64,000 bases of DNA from Candidatus Sumerlaeaceae bacterium (lineage in GTDB: Bacteria; Sumerlaeota; Sumerlaeia; Sumerlaeales; Sumerlaeaceae), in assembly GCA_049968255.1 (NCBI GenBank), contig JBMFRB010000002.1, forward strand, positions 320,001 to 384,000. The letters are read 5' to 3'. The position numbers and the translations under genes are program-made. Shown here in pieces: positions 27,996 to 40,747 of this stretch (positions are counted from its first letter, which is position 1; every line of letters starts with the position of its first letter). A model generated the notes under the pieces. The model was not told the DNA's origin, made no database searches, and saw only the letters and a program-made list of their open reading frames with translations.

Positions 27996-28412
27996 ATGTC
28001 CTGTCCGCCAGATTCGTCCTCGCACCAAGACCAAATTGTCAAAGAAGTAGAGGCGTTGATTCGTCTATATGATGTTACGGAGCTTCAGCGCTTACGCGAG
28101 AGCCTTTCCCCCAGGTGGTGGGAAAGTGGCTTGCGGATTTTGCTATTTGTGTCCGGGCTGGGCTTTGCAATCACTGTTTACAAGTTAATTCCCTCGGCAA
28201 ATTCTTTTCTTTTTGGCTTTGTGTTCTTCTGGTTTATCCTTTTCATTCTCACGATGCTGGGACTTATCGAGTACCTTGTATTGAAAGTGCGTGCACTCAC
28301 GAGATTTTGCGAGTACCAAGGGCGGCTGCTTGACCACATGCTCAAAAAATCTGCTGTGCGGAGCACTCTCGCCGATGAGGCCACGCAGGCACACAGTTCT
28401 AAAAGTGGTTGA
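27996..28412 (+). CDS. Hypothetical two-TM membrane protein
   Basis: RBS GGAG at 27981 and ATG at 27996 give 138 aa with two strong hydrophobic helices. Confidence 0.65.
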   Translation: MSCPPDSSSHQDQIVKEVEALIRLYDVTELQRLRESLSPRWWESGLRILLFVSGLGFAITVYKLIPSANSFLFGFVFFWFILFILTMLGLIEYLVLKVRALTRFCEYQGRLLDHMLKKSAVRSTLADEATQAHSSKSG

Positions 28413-28490
28413 AAAGCCGCCCGTTGCACTTTCTAGCTGCAGAGAGAATTTTGGGATAAGGGATCCGATGACGGAAGGGAGTCGCTAACT

Positions 28491-29609
28491 ATGATTATCG
28501 GCGTGCCGAAAGAGATTAAGAATAATGAATATCGCGTAGGGATGGTTCCGGCTGGCGTGCGTCAGCTCGCGAGGTCGGGCCACAGAGTCCTGATAGAAAC
28601 ACGGGCCGGTGAGGGCAGCGGCATTTCTGACGACGAATATGCGAATGCGGGGGCGGAGATTGTTCCCGATGCCGCGAGTGTGTACGGCGCGGCTGGTATG
28701 ATTGTCAAGGTGAAGGAGCCGCTCGAACAGGAGTACCCTCTCATCCGCGAAGGGCAGATCATTTTTACGTATTTCCATTTTGCCTCTTCGCGCGAGCTCA
28801 CGGAGGCAATGATTCAACGCAAGGCCATTTGCGTGGCTTACGAGACGATAACCACCCCCGACGGAAAACTGCCTTGCCTTACGCCGATGAGCGAAGTTGC
28901 CGGCCGCATGAGCATCCAAGAGGGTGCCAAATATTTGGAAAAACCGATGAAGGGACGTGGAATCCTGCTAAGTGGCGTGCCGGGGGTGGATCCTGCGCGA
29001 GTACTCGTGCTTGGGGGAGGGGTCGTCGGAGCAAACGCCGCAAAGATCGCTGCAGGGCTTGGGGCACAAGTGACGATCATGGACGTGAATCTGGACCGCC
29101 TACGTTATCTTGCTGACATTATGCCGGCAAACGTGATTACTCTGATGAGCAACGAGGACAATATCCGCGCACGTTTGCCATTGGCCGATCTTGTCATAGG
29201 CGCCGTCCTTGTCGTTGGTGCACGTGCCCCGCGCCTGATCACACGTGATATGCTTAAGCTCATGAAACCCGGCGCAGTCATTGTGGACGTGGCGATTGAC
29301 CAGGGTGGTTGCGTGGAAACTTCGCGGCCGACCACACATGCTGATCCCATTTTCATCGTGGACAACGTGGTGCACTATTGTGTGACAAACATGCCTGGAG
29401 CTGTTGGGCGCACGTCTACATATGCACTCACAAACGTGACCACCCCCTATGCTGTGAAGATTGCGAACGAAGGTTGGCCTAACTTTGCTCGAAAGGATTC
29501 TGCGCTGGCGGCCGGCGTTAATATGGTCGAGGGCGTTGTAACTTGTAAACCTGTGGCGGAGTGTTTTGGGCTAGCGAACTACACACCCATCGAAGAGTTG
29601 ATAAAATAG
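28491..29609 (+). CDS. ald: Alanine dehydrogenase
   Basis: IGVPKEIKNNEYRV, KVKEP, PMSEVAGR, GGGVVG, DVAIDQGG and HYCV.NMPGAV. Confidence 0.97.
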   Translation: MIIGVPKEIKNNEYRVGMVPAGVRQLARSGHRVLIETRAGEGSGISDDEYANAGAEIVPDAASVYGAAGMIVKVKEPLEQEYPLIREGQIIFTYFHFASSRELTEAMIQRKAICVAYETITTPDGKLPCLTPMSEVAGRMSIQEGAKYLEKPMKGRGILLSGVPGVDPARVLVLGGGVVGANAAKIAAGLGAQVTIMDVNLDRLRYLADIMPANVITLMSNEDNIRARLPLADLVIGAVLVVGARAPRLITRDMLKLMKPGAVIVDVAIDQGGCVETSRPTTHADPIFIVDNVVHYCVTNMPGAVGRTSTYALTNVTTPYAVKIANEGWPNFARKDSALAAGVNMVEGVVTCKPVAECFGLANYTPIEELIK

Positions 29610-29634
29610 TTTGAGCCGAGGCTTGTTTGTTGAC

Positions 29635-29675
29635 GAGGGACGCATGCGTGAGGTGCGTCCCTCATGTTTATTATG
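29635..29675 (+). terminator. Probable intrinsic terminator after ald
   Basis: A 10-bp perfect stem GAGGGACGCA/TGCGTCCCTC followed by a T-rich tract. Confidence 0.55.
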
Positions 29676-29693
29676 TTCACTAAGCGCTAAAAC

Positions 29694-30830
29694 GTGCTGC
29701 GATACGTGCGACTAAAAATCCTCGACCGACTTCTTCTCAGCGAATTCTGGCTTGCTTTCTTTGCAACCTTGGCGTTCTGCGCACTTCTCCTCATAGTGGC
29801 GACGATCTTTGAAAAGTTTCAGGACATCATTGAGAACGACGCCCCTTTGAACAAAGTGGTGCTCTACTTTCTGTGCAGCCTGCCGTTCAAACTGATCCAA
29901 GTCATTCCCATGGTGTGTGCCTTAGCGGTTCTATTCTCGGTAGGCGGCCTTGCGCGAAACAACGAAATCCTCGCGTTTCTCACCAGCGGCGTGCATAATC
30001 TTCGCATTCTCGCACCAGTGGCCGCCTCGGGAGCTGTGATTATGGTCGGAGTCTTTGTTGTGAATGAGTTTTTCGTAGCACGGCTTGAGCAAGAGGCGCG
30101 TTACTTGGAACGGCGTTACATCGAGGCCAAGAGTGAAGCGAGGCTTGTCACTCGGCGCGACATTTTTGTTCGCGGTATGGGGAATCGCTTTTACCTCATG
30201 AAGATGTACGATACTCGCGAAGGCAGGATGTATAATCCACAAATTGTGGACATGACCGAGGACTACTCGGCCCTGCGCCAACGGATTGATGCGCGTGAAG
30301 CCAAGTTGATAGCCGACAAGCGGGGTGAGCAGCGGTCTGAATGGCAATTGTCCCAACCCCGAATATGGAGCTTTGACGAGCGGGGAAATCTCACGAATTT
30401 TGAACAGATCACTGGAGAGCGGCGCGTCTATCTAGAACCTGACTTGTCTGTGATTTTAGGGCAAAAGAAAAAGCCGGAGGAAATGAATTTCTTTGAATTG
30501 CGCCGGCACATTCAAATTCTTGCCGAGCGTGCCCAGCCGGTCTTTGATTACGAGACGGACCTCTATCGCAAACTAACCTTACCCATATCGATCCTCGTTG
30601 CTATGACCATGGCTTTCTCCTACGCGGTGCGAACCCGTGCAGGTAACGCAACAAGCGCGTTTGGCTACGGTCTCACGTGGGTCATTGGCCTGTACGCAGC
30701 GAACGCGGTTTTTGGGGCGTTAGGGCACTCTGGAGTTATTCCCCCATTCTCTGCAGCCTGGCTCCCTATTTTTCTCTTTGCAGGCGCGGCTGTCGTCCAC
30801 GTCAGGAAAAGTTATCGGTGGTATGCTTGA
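29694..30830 (+). CDS. LptF/LptG family LPS export permease
   Basis: Three N-terminal TMs, NE..A...SG, a periplasmic beta-rich domain, PEEM...EL, three C-terminal TMs and AAWLP. Confidence 0.88.
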   Translation: MLRYVRLKILDRLLLSEFWLAFFATLAFCALLLIVATIFEKFQDIIENDAPLNKVVLYFLCSLPFKLIQVIPMVCALAVLFSVGGLARNNEILAFLTSGVHNLRILAPVAASGAVIMVGVFVVNEFFVARLEQEARYLERRYIEAKSEARLVTRRDIFVRGMGNRFYLMKMYDTREGRMYNPQIVDMTEDYSALRQRIDAREAKLIADKRGEQRSEWQLSQPRIWSFDERGNLTNFEQITGERRVYLEPDLSVILGQKKKPEEMNFFELRRHIQILAERAQPVFDYETDLYRKLTLPISILVAMTMAFSYAVRTRAGNATSAFGYGLTWVIGLYAANAVFGALGHSGVIPPFSAAWLPIFLFAGAAVVHVRKSYRWYA

Positions 30831-30867
30831 GCAGTGCGCACTCCCCCTCTCCCCGAGCCTTGCAGTC

Positions 30868-31875
30868 CTACCGTAGGGCTGGAAGCTTCACCGTCGAAAA
30901 TTGCTGGAAGAACGCTCCGGAGGATTCGGTTGCAAACTTCTCAACCATGTCCAGAAAAGTTTTTTTTGTGGTGAAGTCAACAAACGGCGCCTTGGCCGGC
31001 AGATTAGCAAGAATAGTCGCGCGGCGCCGGGCGTCTTCAAGATTGCCTATGCTGTCGATGAGTCCGAGAGCGAGTGCCTGCTCGCCAGTAAACACCCGTC
31101 CATCGGCCATTGCTCTCACCCGGTCAACGATCGCCACATCTACACTCAGCTCTTGCGCCATCGCCTCGGCGTCAAATGCTGCGAGCTCTATGGCTTTTTC
31201 ACGCTTTTTCGTCTCGGTCGTGGCAAGAATATCACTGTAGGCCTGCGGATGATCACGCAATGCTTTTTCGATTGCTGTGCGTCGGCTACGTATGACTTCG
31301 CGAACAAACTGACGATGAAGGTCGTAAACCAGGCGCTGCAGCAAATTTTTCTCCTCCTCCGTCATCGGCCGGAGGGGCGAGCCAGTGTCCTTGTGCTCAC
31401 CGCTTTTGATTACGTTGGGACGAATGCGCAGTGATTGCAAAAGCTGCTCAATGTCAAAATCCGTTGCGATGACCCCAATGCTTCCCGTAATCGTTCCCGC
31501 GTTTGCGAAAATTTCATTTGCGCCAGTGGAAATGTAATAACCGCCTGAGGCGGCAACGTTACCCATGGAGATCACAACAGGTTTTTCCGCGCGTGTTCTG
31601 ACGAGTTCGCGATAAATCTCTTCGCTCGCGCCTACGGCGCCACCGGGGCTGTCCACGCGCACGACAATTGCTTTTACCTGTTTGGCTTCGCGTGCCCTTC
31701 TGATGCTGTCCAACGCATTCTTACTTTCGTAGATTGGGCCCTCGATTCTGATCAAGGCCACACATTCTTGTGTCGCGCCGGCTTTTGCCATTACTGCCGC
31801 GAACACAACGAGAAGCACGATCATTCCGAGCACGGTCAAGACGATCATGCATCCTTTTCTTAGTGCGCTAGCCAT
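30868..31875 (-). CDS. sppA: Signal peptide peptidase SppA (36K type)
   Basis: RVDSPGG, SMGNVAASGGYY, TGSIGV, KSGEHKD and ADGRVFTGEQA. Start moved to ATG 31875 (RBS GGAGG). Confidence 0.92.
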   Translation of the reverse strand: MASALRKGCMIVLTVLGMIVLLVVFAAVMAKAGATQECVALIRIEGPIYESKNALDSIRRAREAKQVKAIVVRVDSPGGAVGASEEIYRELVRTRAEKPVVISMGNVAASGGYYISTGANEIFANAGTITGSIGVIATDFDIEQLLQSLRIRPNVIKSGEHKDTGSPLRPMTEEEKNLLQRLVYDLHRQFVREVIRSRRTAIEKALRDHPQAYSDILATTETKKREKAIELAAFDAEAMAQELSVDVAIVDRVRAMADGRVFTGEQALALGLIDSIGNLEDARRRATILANLPAKAPFVDFTTKKTFLDMVEKFATESSGAFFQQFSTVKLPALR

Positions 31876-31921
31876 TGAAAAGCGCCCTCCAGTTGCATCA
31901 TCGAAAAGCGGATCTTGGGAC

Positions 31922-33643
31922 TCACATTTGCTCCGGGTGCTCAATGCCGAGAAGGTCTAATCCTTGTGCGATTGTTCGTGCTGTCAGCGAACACAAAATA
32001 AGCCGTCGTGAACGTGTGGGCTCCTCGGCATAGAGCACAGGACACTTTTCATAAAACGCAGTGAAGCGCGTCGCAAGCTCATAAAGGTAGGTGCACAGGT
32101 GATGCGGCTTGAGCTCCTTGGTCACAGAGTCGATGGCTTCGCCAAAACGTAGAAGATGCTTTCCCAGACGCAATTCCTCTGGCTGCTCGAAATCTAGTTG
32201 TCCTGCGGGCGGTTCCTCTACGTTTCCTCTTCGGAAAATCGAGCGAATGCGAGCGTAAGCATATTGCATATAGGGCGCAGTATTGCCATCAAGCGCCAAC
32301 ATTTTGTCCCAAGAGAAGACATAATCACTGATCCTGTCCTTGCTCAGGTCAGCATATTTGATTCCGCCGATCCCAACGGCCTTCGCAATTTGGCGCCGTT
32401 GGCCTTCGGAGAGGGCAGGATTTTTCTCTGTCACGAGTGCAAAAGCTCGCTCTTCGGCCTCGTCGAGAAGGTCCTTCAACTTTACGGTGTCGCCACTGCG
32501 GGTTTTAAATGGTTTTCCATCTTCGCCAAGCATTGTGCCGAAAGGTGCAAATTCAAGGGCCACTCCTTTAGCCCAGCCTGCACGCTGAGCGACTTCGAAA
32601 ACCTGTGCGAAGTGCTGCGCCTGGCGGGCATCGTGGGTGTAGATAATTCGTGTGGCCCGCAGGACTTCGATTCGATATCGAATCGCGGCCAGGTCGGTTG
32701 TGGCGTAGAGATAACCACCATCGGATTTTTGGATGATAAGAGGGTTGTCGTAACCGGCCGTGAAGACGACAATGGCGCCGTCACTTTCCACAGCAAGCCC
32801 TGCTTTCCTTAGATCATCGACGACCCGCGGCAGCATGTCGTTATAGAAACTTTCGCCACGCTCGTCCTCCACGGTTAGCTTGACTCCAAGTCTTTCGTAG
32901 ATGGGGAGATAATGCCGGCGTGTTTCCTCAATGATCCGCTGCCAGAGAGACCGCTCGCGTTCTCCCCCACTTTGAAGCCTGACCACCGTCTGGCGAGCAC
33001 GTTCTTGAAATTCGGGATCTGAGTCAAAGCGGGCCTTGGCAGCCCGATAAAACTCCTCGAGATCTTCGATGTGAGAATCTGCCGGCAGATTGCTCTCGTC
33101 GAGATAGGCAATGAGCATCCCGAACTGTGTTCCCCAATCCCCCACGTGATTCTGCCTAATTACCGTATGCCCCAAGAATTCGATAACCCTGCTAATCGCG
33201 TCGCCGATGATTGTACTGCGGAGATGCCCCACATGCATTTGTTTCGCGACATTTGGCCCGGAGTAATCTACCACCACACGTTCAGGCTTGTCCGTCGCAG
33301 GGATTGAAAGACGTTCGTCGGCGAACATGCGTTCTAAACGCTCGGCAACGAAGCGCGGCAACAGGGTAACATTAATAAATCCAGGCCCTGCAATTGTGAC
33401 TTCTTCGGCTAAATCACCAAGGGATAGGTTATCGACAATGCGCTGGGCGATCTCCCGCGGATTAGCTTTGCCCCCTGTCTCATGAGCCAAGTCTTTTGCA
33501 AATCCCATGGCCACATTTGCCTGATAGTCCCCAAACCGCTCATGCGTTGCAGGGGTCAGTTGGGGAGGAATATCCCTATGAAAAGTTTTCTGAATTGCAG
33601 TGCGAAAACGTTCCTCAAGCTCATGAATGACCAGATTGCTCAC
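31922..33643 (-). CDS. argS: Arginine--tRNA ligase
   Basis: FGDYQ.N, AGPGFIN, DYSGPNVAKQMHVGHLRSTIIGD, NHVGDWGTQFGMLI, FKTRSG and GNTAPYMQYAYARI. Confidence 0.98.
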   Translation of the reverse strand: MSNLVIHELEERFRTAIQKTFHRDIPPQLTPATHERFGDYQANVAMGFAKDLAHETGGKANPREIAQRIVDNLSLGDLAEEVTIAGPGFINVTLLPRFVAERLERMFADERLSIPATDKPERVVVDYSGPNVAKQMHVGHLRSTIIGDAISRVIEFLGHTVIRQNHVGDWGTQFGMLIAYLDESNLPADSHIEDLEEFYRAAKARFDSDPEFQERARQTVVRLQSGGERERSLWQRIIEETRRHYLPIYERLGVKLTVEDERGESFYNDMLPRVVDDLRKAGLAVESDGAIVVFTAGYDNPLIIQKSDGGYLYATTDLAAIRYRIEVLRATRIIYTHDARQAQHFAQVFEVAQRAGWAKGVALEFAPFGTMLGEDGKPFKTRSGDTVKLKDLLDEAEERAFALVTEKNPALSEGQRRQIAKAVGIGGIKYADLSKDRISDYVFSWDKMLALDGNTAPYMQYAYARIRSIFRRGNVEEPPAGQLDFEQPEELRLGKHLLRFGEAIDSVTKELKPHHLCTYLYELATRFTAFYEKCPVLYAEEPTRSRRLILCSLTARTIAQGLDLLGIEHPEQM

Positions 33644-33670
33644 GGAGCTTACTCCTTACACGCTGAACTT

Positions 33671-37324
<3,654 letters not shown>

Positions 37325-37442
37325 CTGTGCGCGGTTGACTTGACACGCGTAGGCGCGCCGAGCAACGGTAGCGCTGATCCTGCAAAATTGAACCGAAATA
37401 GTTTTTCCAAAAGATACGGGAACCGTGAGGAAATTTTACGAG

Positions 37443-40400
37443 ATGAGAAAGCTTTGGGCAGTCGTTGGTATCGTTGTATTTTTGCCGGCTTGTCAGGAAT
37501 CACCGAAGGAAAATGCTAAGGTGGCCATTTCGTCGCCCACTCCTCCTCAATTCAAGGCAACGACCCCGACGGTTCCAAACGAAGAAAAAAGCACAGCGCC
37601 AGTGGTGCGGCTAGATATTGAAGAACCGATGATGCCGCTTCGGGGAACCATCAAAGCGTACGAGATTCGAGACGTTTCTCAGTTCAGTCCTGGCCTTCTG
37701 GCCGACGGATTCCTGGGAGATCTTGTTCTTGAGAACGACCTGGTGCGGTTCGTTGTGCGGCGTCCGGATCCTTCGTTGCCGGAGATGCCCCCCGCAGGGG
37801 CGATCATTGATGTAGCGAACCAGAAATCGCACGCCGACTATTTCAATTACTGCGAGCCGATTCCAGACGTCGAGACGACAACAACCAAAATTAAGATTGA
37901 GCGCGTCGCTTCATTCCTTGTGGATAAACAGACTACTTCGCGCCTTGTTTTGACGGGACGTCTTATCGAAACGCTCGCCCCCCCGCCCAGTGAAAACGAG
38001 AGTCAGACCTCACCACCGGTAACAAAAAACCTCCCCGTTCGTGTGGTGATGACTTACGAGCTGGCGAAGGACACTCCGTATCTGATCGTCAAAACAACCT
38101 TCACAAATGAAAGCACAGGGCCGATCTCACTGTCACCAGGCGATTTTATTGATTGGGGCGAAGCCCAGTCCTTCGTCGAAGGGCTTGGTGTCGGCGTCGG
38201 CGTTGTCACGAAGTCAAACTGGGTCGGGGCAACGATTGACAATTTTTCTATGGGCGTGTGCCTGCCGGGGCCAAAGCCAGTAACCAACTATGCGTCCGGC
38301 CGATACACGGTCGTTCAAGCCCTTGAAACTGAGGCGCGCAAGCCCCTCGCCTTACCGACACATACACCGTCACCAACGCCTTCGCTTACTAAGACAGTTC
38401 AAAGTTTTGCCCCGGGCGGCTTTACGCCCATAGGCGTTGCCAACCAGCCTGAGCAGCCACGTGCAACGCCTACGTTGGCGCCGCCGCGAACAGAAACCAC
38501 ATACGCTCCTCAAGCAAAACCGACCATGGCCCCAATCCGTCCTCCGCGCGCTGAAACAATATATGGGCCCCACGCCAATGTTGGTGATGCGACTAGACGT
38601 TCGCAGGCCACAATTCTGCCCGCTCAACAGGCATCGGATCTCCATGGAGAATCTCTCGGTGGTGGAGGAGGCAAAAACGAGGAAACGACGGGAGTGACCG
38701 GACCACTCAAAGGGCCTTCCGCTGAAAGTAAACTGGCGCGAACGGATCGAGTGGTGCTCGCGCCTAGGAAAAGCTATGAGTATACACGCTACTATGTCGT
38801 TGGCGATCGCAATCTTTCGCGGGTCAGCGAGCAGGTTTATCGCCTGAAAAACATTCCGCTCGGTGTCGTTGCTGGACTAGTAGTCGAAGAAGGAACCAAT
38901 CGGCCTATCGCGCAAGCTGAGGTGCGTGTCTCCGGGGGGGCAGCTTGGAACGGGAAGGGAGCTCCTTACGCATTTACAAAAACTTTGACCAGAGCCGACG
39001 GGACTTTTGTCGTCCGCCTTCCTTATGGCAACTATGTCCTGACTGCGGCAAAAGTTGGGCGCCAGCTTGTCATCTCACCGCAGAAGGTCTCGCTTTACCG
39101 CAAAAGCGCTGAACAATATGTTGGAATCATCTTGTCCAAAGAAGCTCGAATTGAGGTGGCGGTAAGTGACCCAGATGCACCCACTTCTGCCCCTCTCCCC
39201 TGCCGGTTGACACTCGTGGCTAAACCTGGGACAGAGCCTATTGATTGGGGCTACGGGTCGGGCAGCGTGGCAGCGGTACGCAATGTGGCATATATGCCTT
39301 ATGGCGGCGCGACGCTTCCCGTCACTCCTGGTTACTATCGGCTTCTGATTAGTCGCGGACCCGAGTACGACGCCCTCGAACAGGATCTCGTGGTAACCAA
39401 GGGCTCGACGCAAAAAATTATTGTGACCCTCCCGCGCGCATTCCGTACGCCGGGAATGGTCAGCGCCGATGTGGGGGTCATGACAACAGCGAGTGCCATC
39501 GCTCTAACGACACCTGAGGATCTTGCCGTTATGGCCGCCTGCGAAGGCGTGTCAGTTCTCGTGAGCGGTGACTTCGAGAAAGCCACAGATCTTACCCAGG
39601 CCATAAAATCATTGCAGCTCCAAAAGTATGTGAAAGCTATCCCTGGGATGCGCTTCCTCGTAAGTGGCCGGGGAGCCACGGCAAACGTCCTCGTTTATCC
39701 GGTGACAGCAGAGACGGAGGCAAAGTTGAGAGATTTCCGGGCGAAAAGCAAAAATGTCGCCCCCGATGTTTTTCTTGCGGATCTCCGGCGACAATTTAGC
39801 GACCTTGTGATTCAGATCGATCAGCCACTTCATCCCTTGGCAGGCTACCTAGCACGAATCCCGTTCAACGAGCGCTTCAAGCGTTACGAGGATTCAGATG
39901 TTCCTCCGCCCGATTTTCATGCACTTCAGGTTTTAAATGGCAAACTCGTCAACGAGTTCCAGGACGTCATGGATCGCTACTTCGATCTGGCTGTGAAGCG
40001 AACGCGCTGGCCCGAGGCATCTCCTGCACTCACGCCCCTAGGTTCTTCCATGTGCCGTCTTCCCTATGGCACAGAAGTTGGCTACCCCCGCGTGTATGCA
40101 ATTACGATCCACGACACCTTGGACACCTTCGGCTCGACTGATCTGGCCCAATCTATTATGAACCAGCGGGTGATCGTGACAAATAGCCTCATGCCGAAAT
40201 TACTGGGTTATTCGCCAGCTGCACGCACTTATGCAGCCCAACCAGGCGACGTGGTGGATACTGGAACAACCGGTGCTCTCCCAATGAAAATCAACATCAT
40301 GGCGGCGTCGTGGGTTTCGCTGAGCAACTTTGATCTCACATGGAACGGGAAATTGGTCCGCCGCATCCAGGTAATGCCCGTGAAAAGGGTTTTGCGTTAT

Positions 40401-40637
40401 CCTGTTCGTCAACAAGCCGACGCGGATATGCAGTACGTCTATGTCGATGGCGACGGTTTCTCGAATCTGATTTGCTTTAGCAACCGCAAATCACTTTCCC
40501 CCATCGTTCCCGCCTCATTGCCAGATTTCGGCGGCGACGTTTGGCCGCTCGCTTGGACCGGGCCAATTTTCGTAGATCAGAACCGCGACGGGAAAATCAG
40601 AATTGAGTCGCAGCAGGATCAGAAAACGAAGCCATAG
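37443..40637 (+). CDS. Large lipoprotein with carboxypeptidase-regulatory-like beta-sandwiches and degenerate PHP-like (CehA/McbA-like) domain
   Basis: Signal peptide ending VVFLPA-C, then GD.VLEN..VRFV, G.IID, T.ADGTF...LP.G.Y and SRGPEY. The PHP-like region lacks His ligands. C-terminal A.T.PIFVD..RDG. Confidence 0.65.
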   Translation: MRKLWAVVGIVVFLPACQESPKENAKVAISSPTPPQFKATTPTVPNEEKSTAPVVRLDIEEPMMPLRGTIKAYEIRDVSQFSPGLLADGFLGDLVLENDLVRFVVRRPDPSLPEMPPAGAIIDVANQKSHADYFNYCEPIPDVETTTTKIKIERVASFLVDKQTTSRLVLTGRLIETLAPPPSENESQTSPPVTKNLPVRVVMTYELAKDTPYLIVKTTFTNESTGPISLSPGDFIDWGEAQSFVEGLGVGVGVVTKSNWVGATIDNFSMGVCLPGPKPVTNYASGRYTVVQALETEARKPLALPTHTPSPTPSLTKTVQSFAPGGFTPIGVANQPEQPRATPTLAPPRTETTYAPQAKPTMAPIRPPRAETIYGPHANVGDATRRSQATILPAQQASDLHGESLGGGGGKNEETTGVTGPLKGPSAESKLARTDRVVLAPRKSYEYTRYYVVGDRNLSRVSEQVYRLKNIPLGVVAGLVVEEGTNRPIAQAEVRVSGGAAWNGKGAPYAFTKTLTRADGTFVVRLPYGNYVLTAAKVGRQLVISPQKVSLYRKSAEQYVGIILSKEARIEVAVSDPDAPTSAPLPCRLTLVAKPGTEPIDWGYGSGSVAAVRNVAYMPYGGATLPVTPGYYRLLISRGPEYDALEQDLVVTKGSTQKIIVTLPRAFRTPGMVSADVGVMTTASAIALTTPEDLAVMAACEGVSVLVSGDFEKATDLTQAIKSLQLQKYVKAIPGMRFLVSGRGATANVLVYPVTAETEAKLRDFRAKSKNVAPDVFLADLRRQFSDLVIQIDQPLHPLAGYLARIPFNERFKRYEDSDVPPPDFHALQVLNGKLVNEFQDVMDRYFDLAVKRTRWPEASPALTPLGSSMCRLPYGTEVGYPRVYAITIHDTLDTFGSTDLAQSIMNQRVIVTNSLMPKLLGYSPAARTYAAQPGDVVDTGTTGALPMKINIMAASWVSLSNFDLTWNGKLVRRIQVMPVKRVLRYPVRQQADADMQYVYVDGDGFSNLICFSNRKSLSPIVPASLPDFGGDVWPLAWTGPIFVDQNRDGKIRIESQQDQKTKP

Positions 40638-40666
40638 ATTCAGCGATTCTTGCCGCGAACCAAGAT

Positions 40667-40720
40667 GAAGAAAGCTCCGTTTTCGCAAGTTGCGGAAGCG
40701 GAGCTTCTTCGGTTCCTTTT
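40667..40720. terminator. Long hairpin between convergent lipoprotein gene and mtnA
   Basis: AAGCTCCG-TTTTCGCA-AGT-TGCGGAAG-CGGAGCTT extended stem, with T-rich sequence downstream on +. Confidence 0.55.
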
Positions 40721-40747
40721 CGTTTCCTTGGCGCTTGAGCTTCAGGT

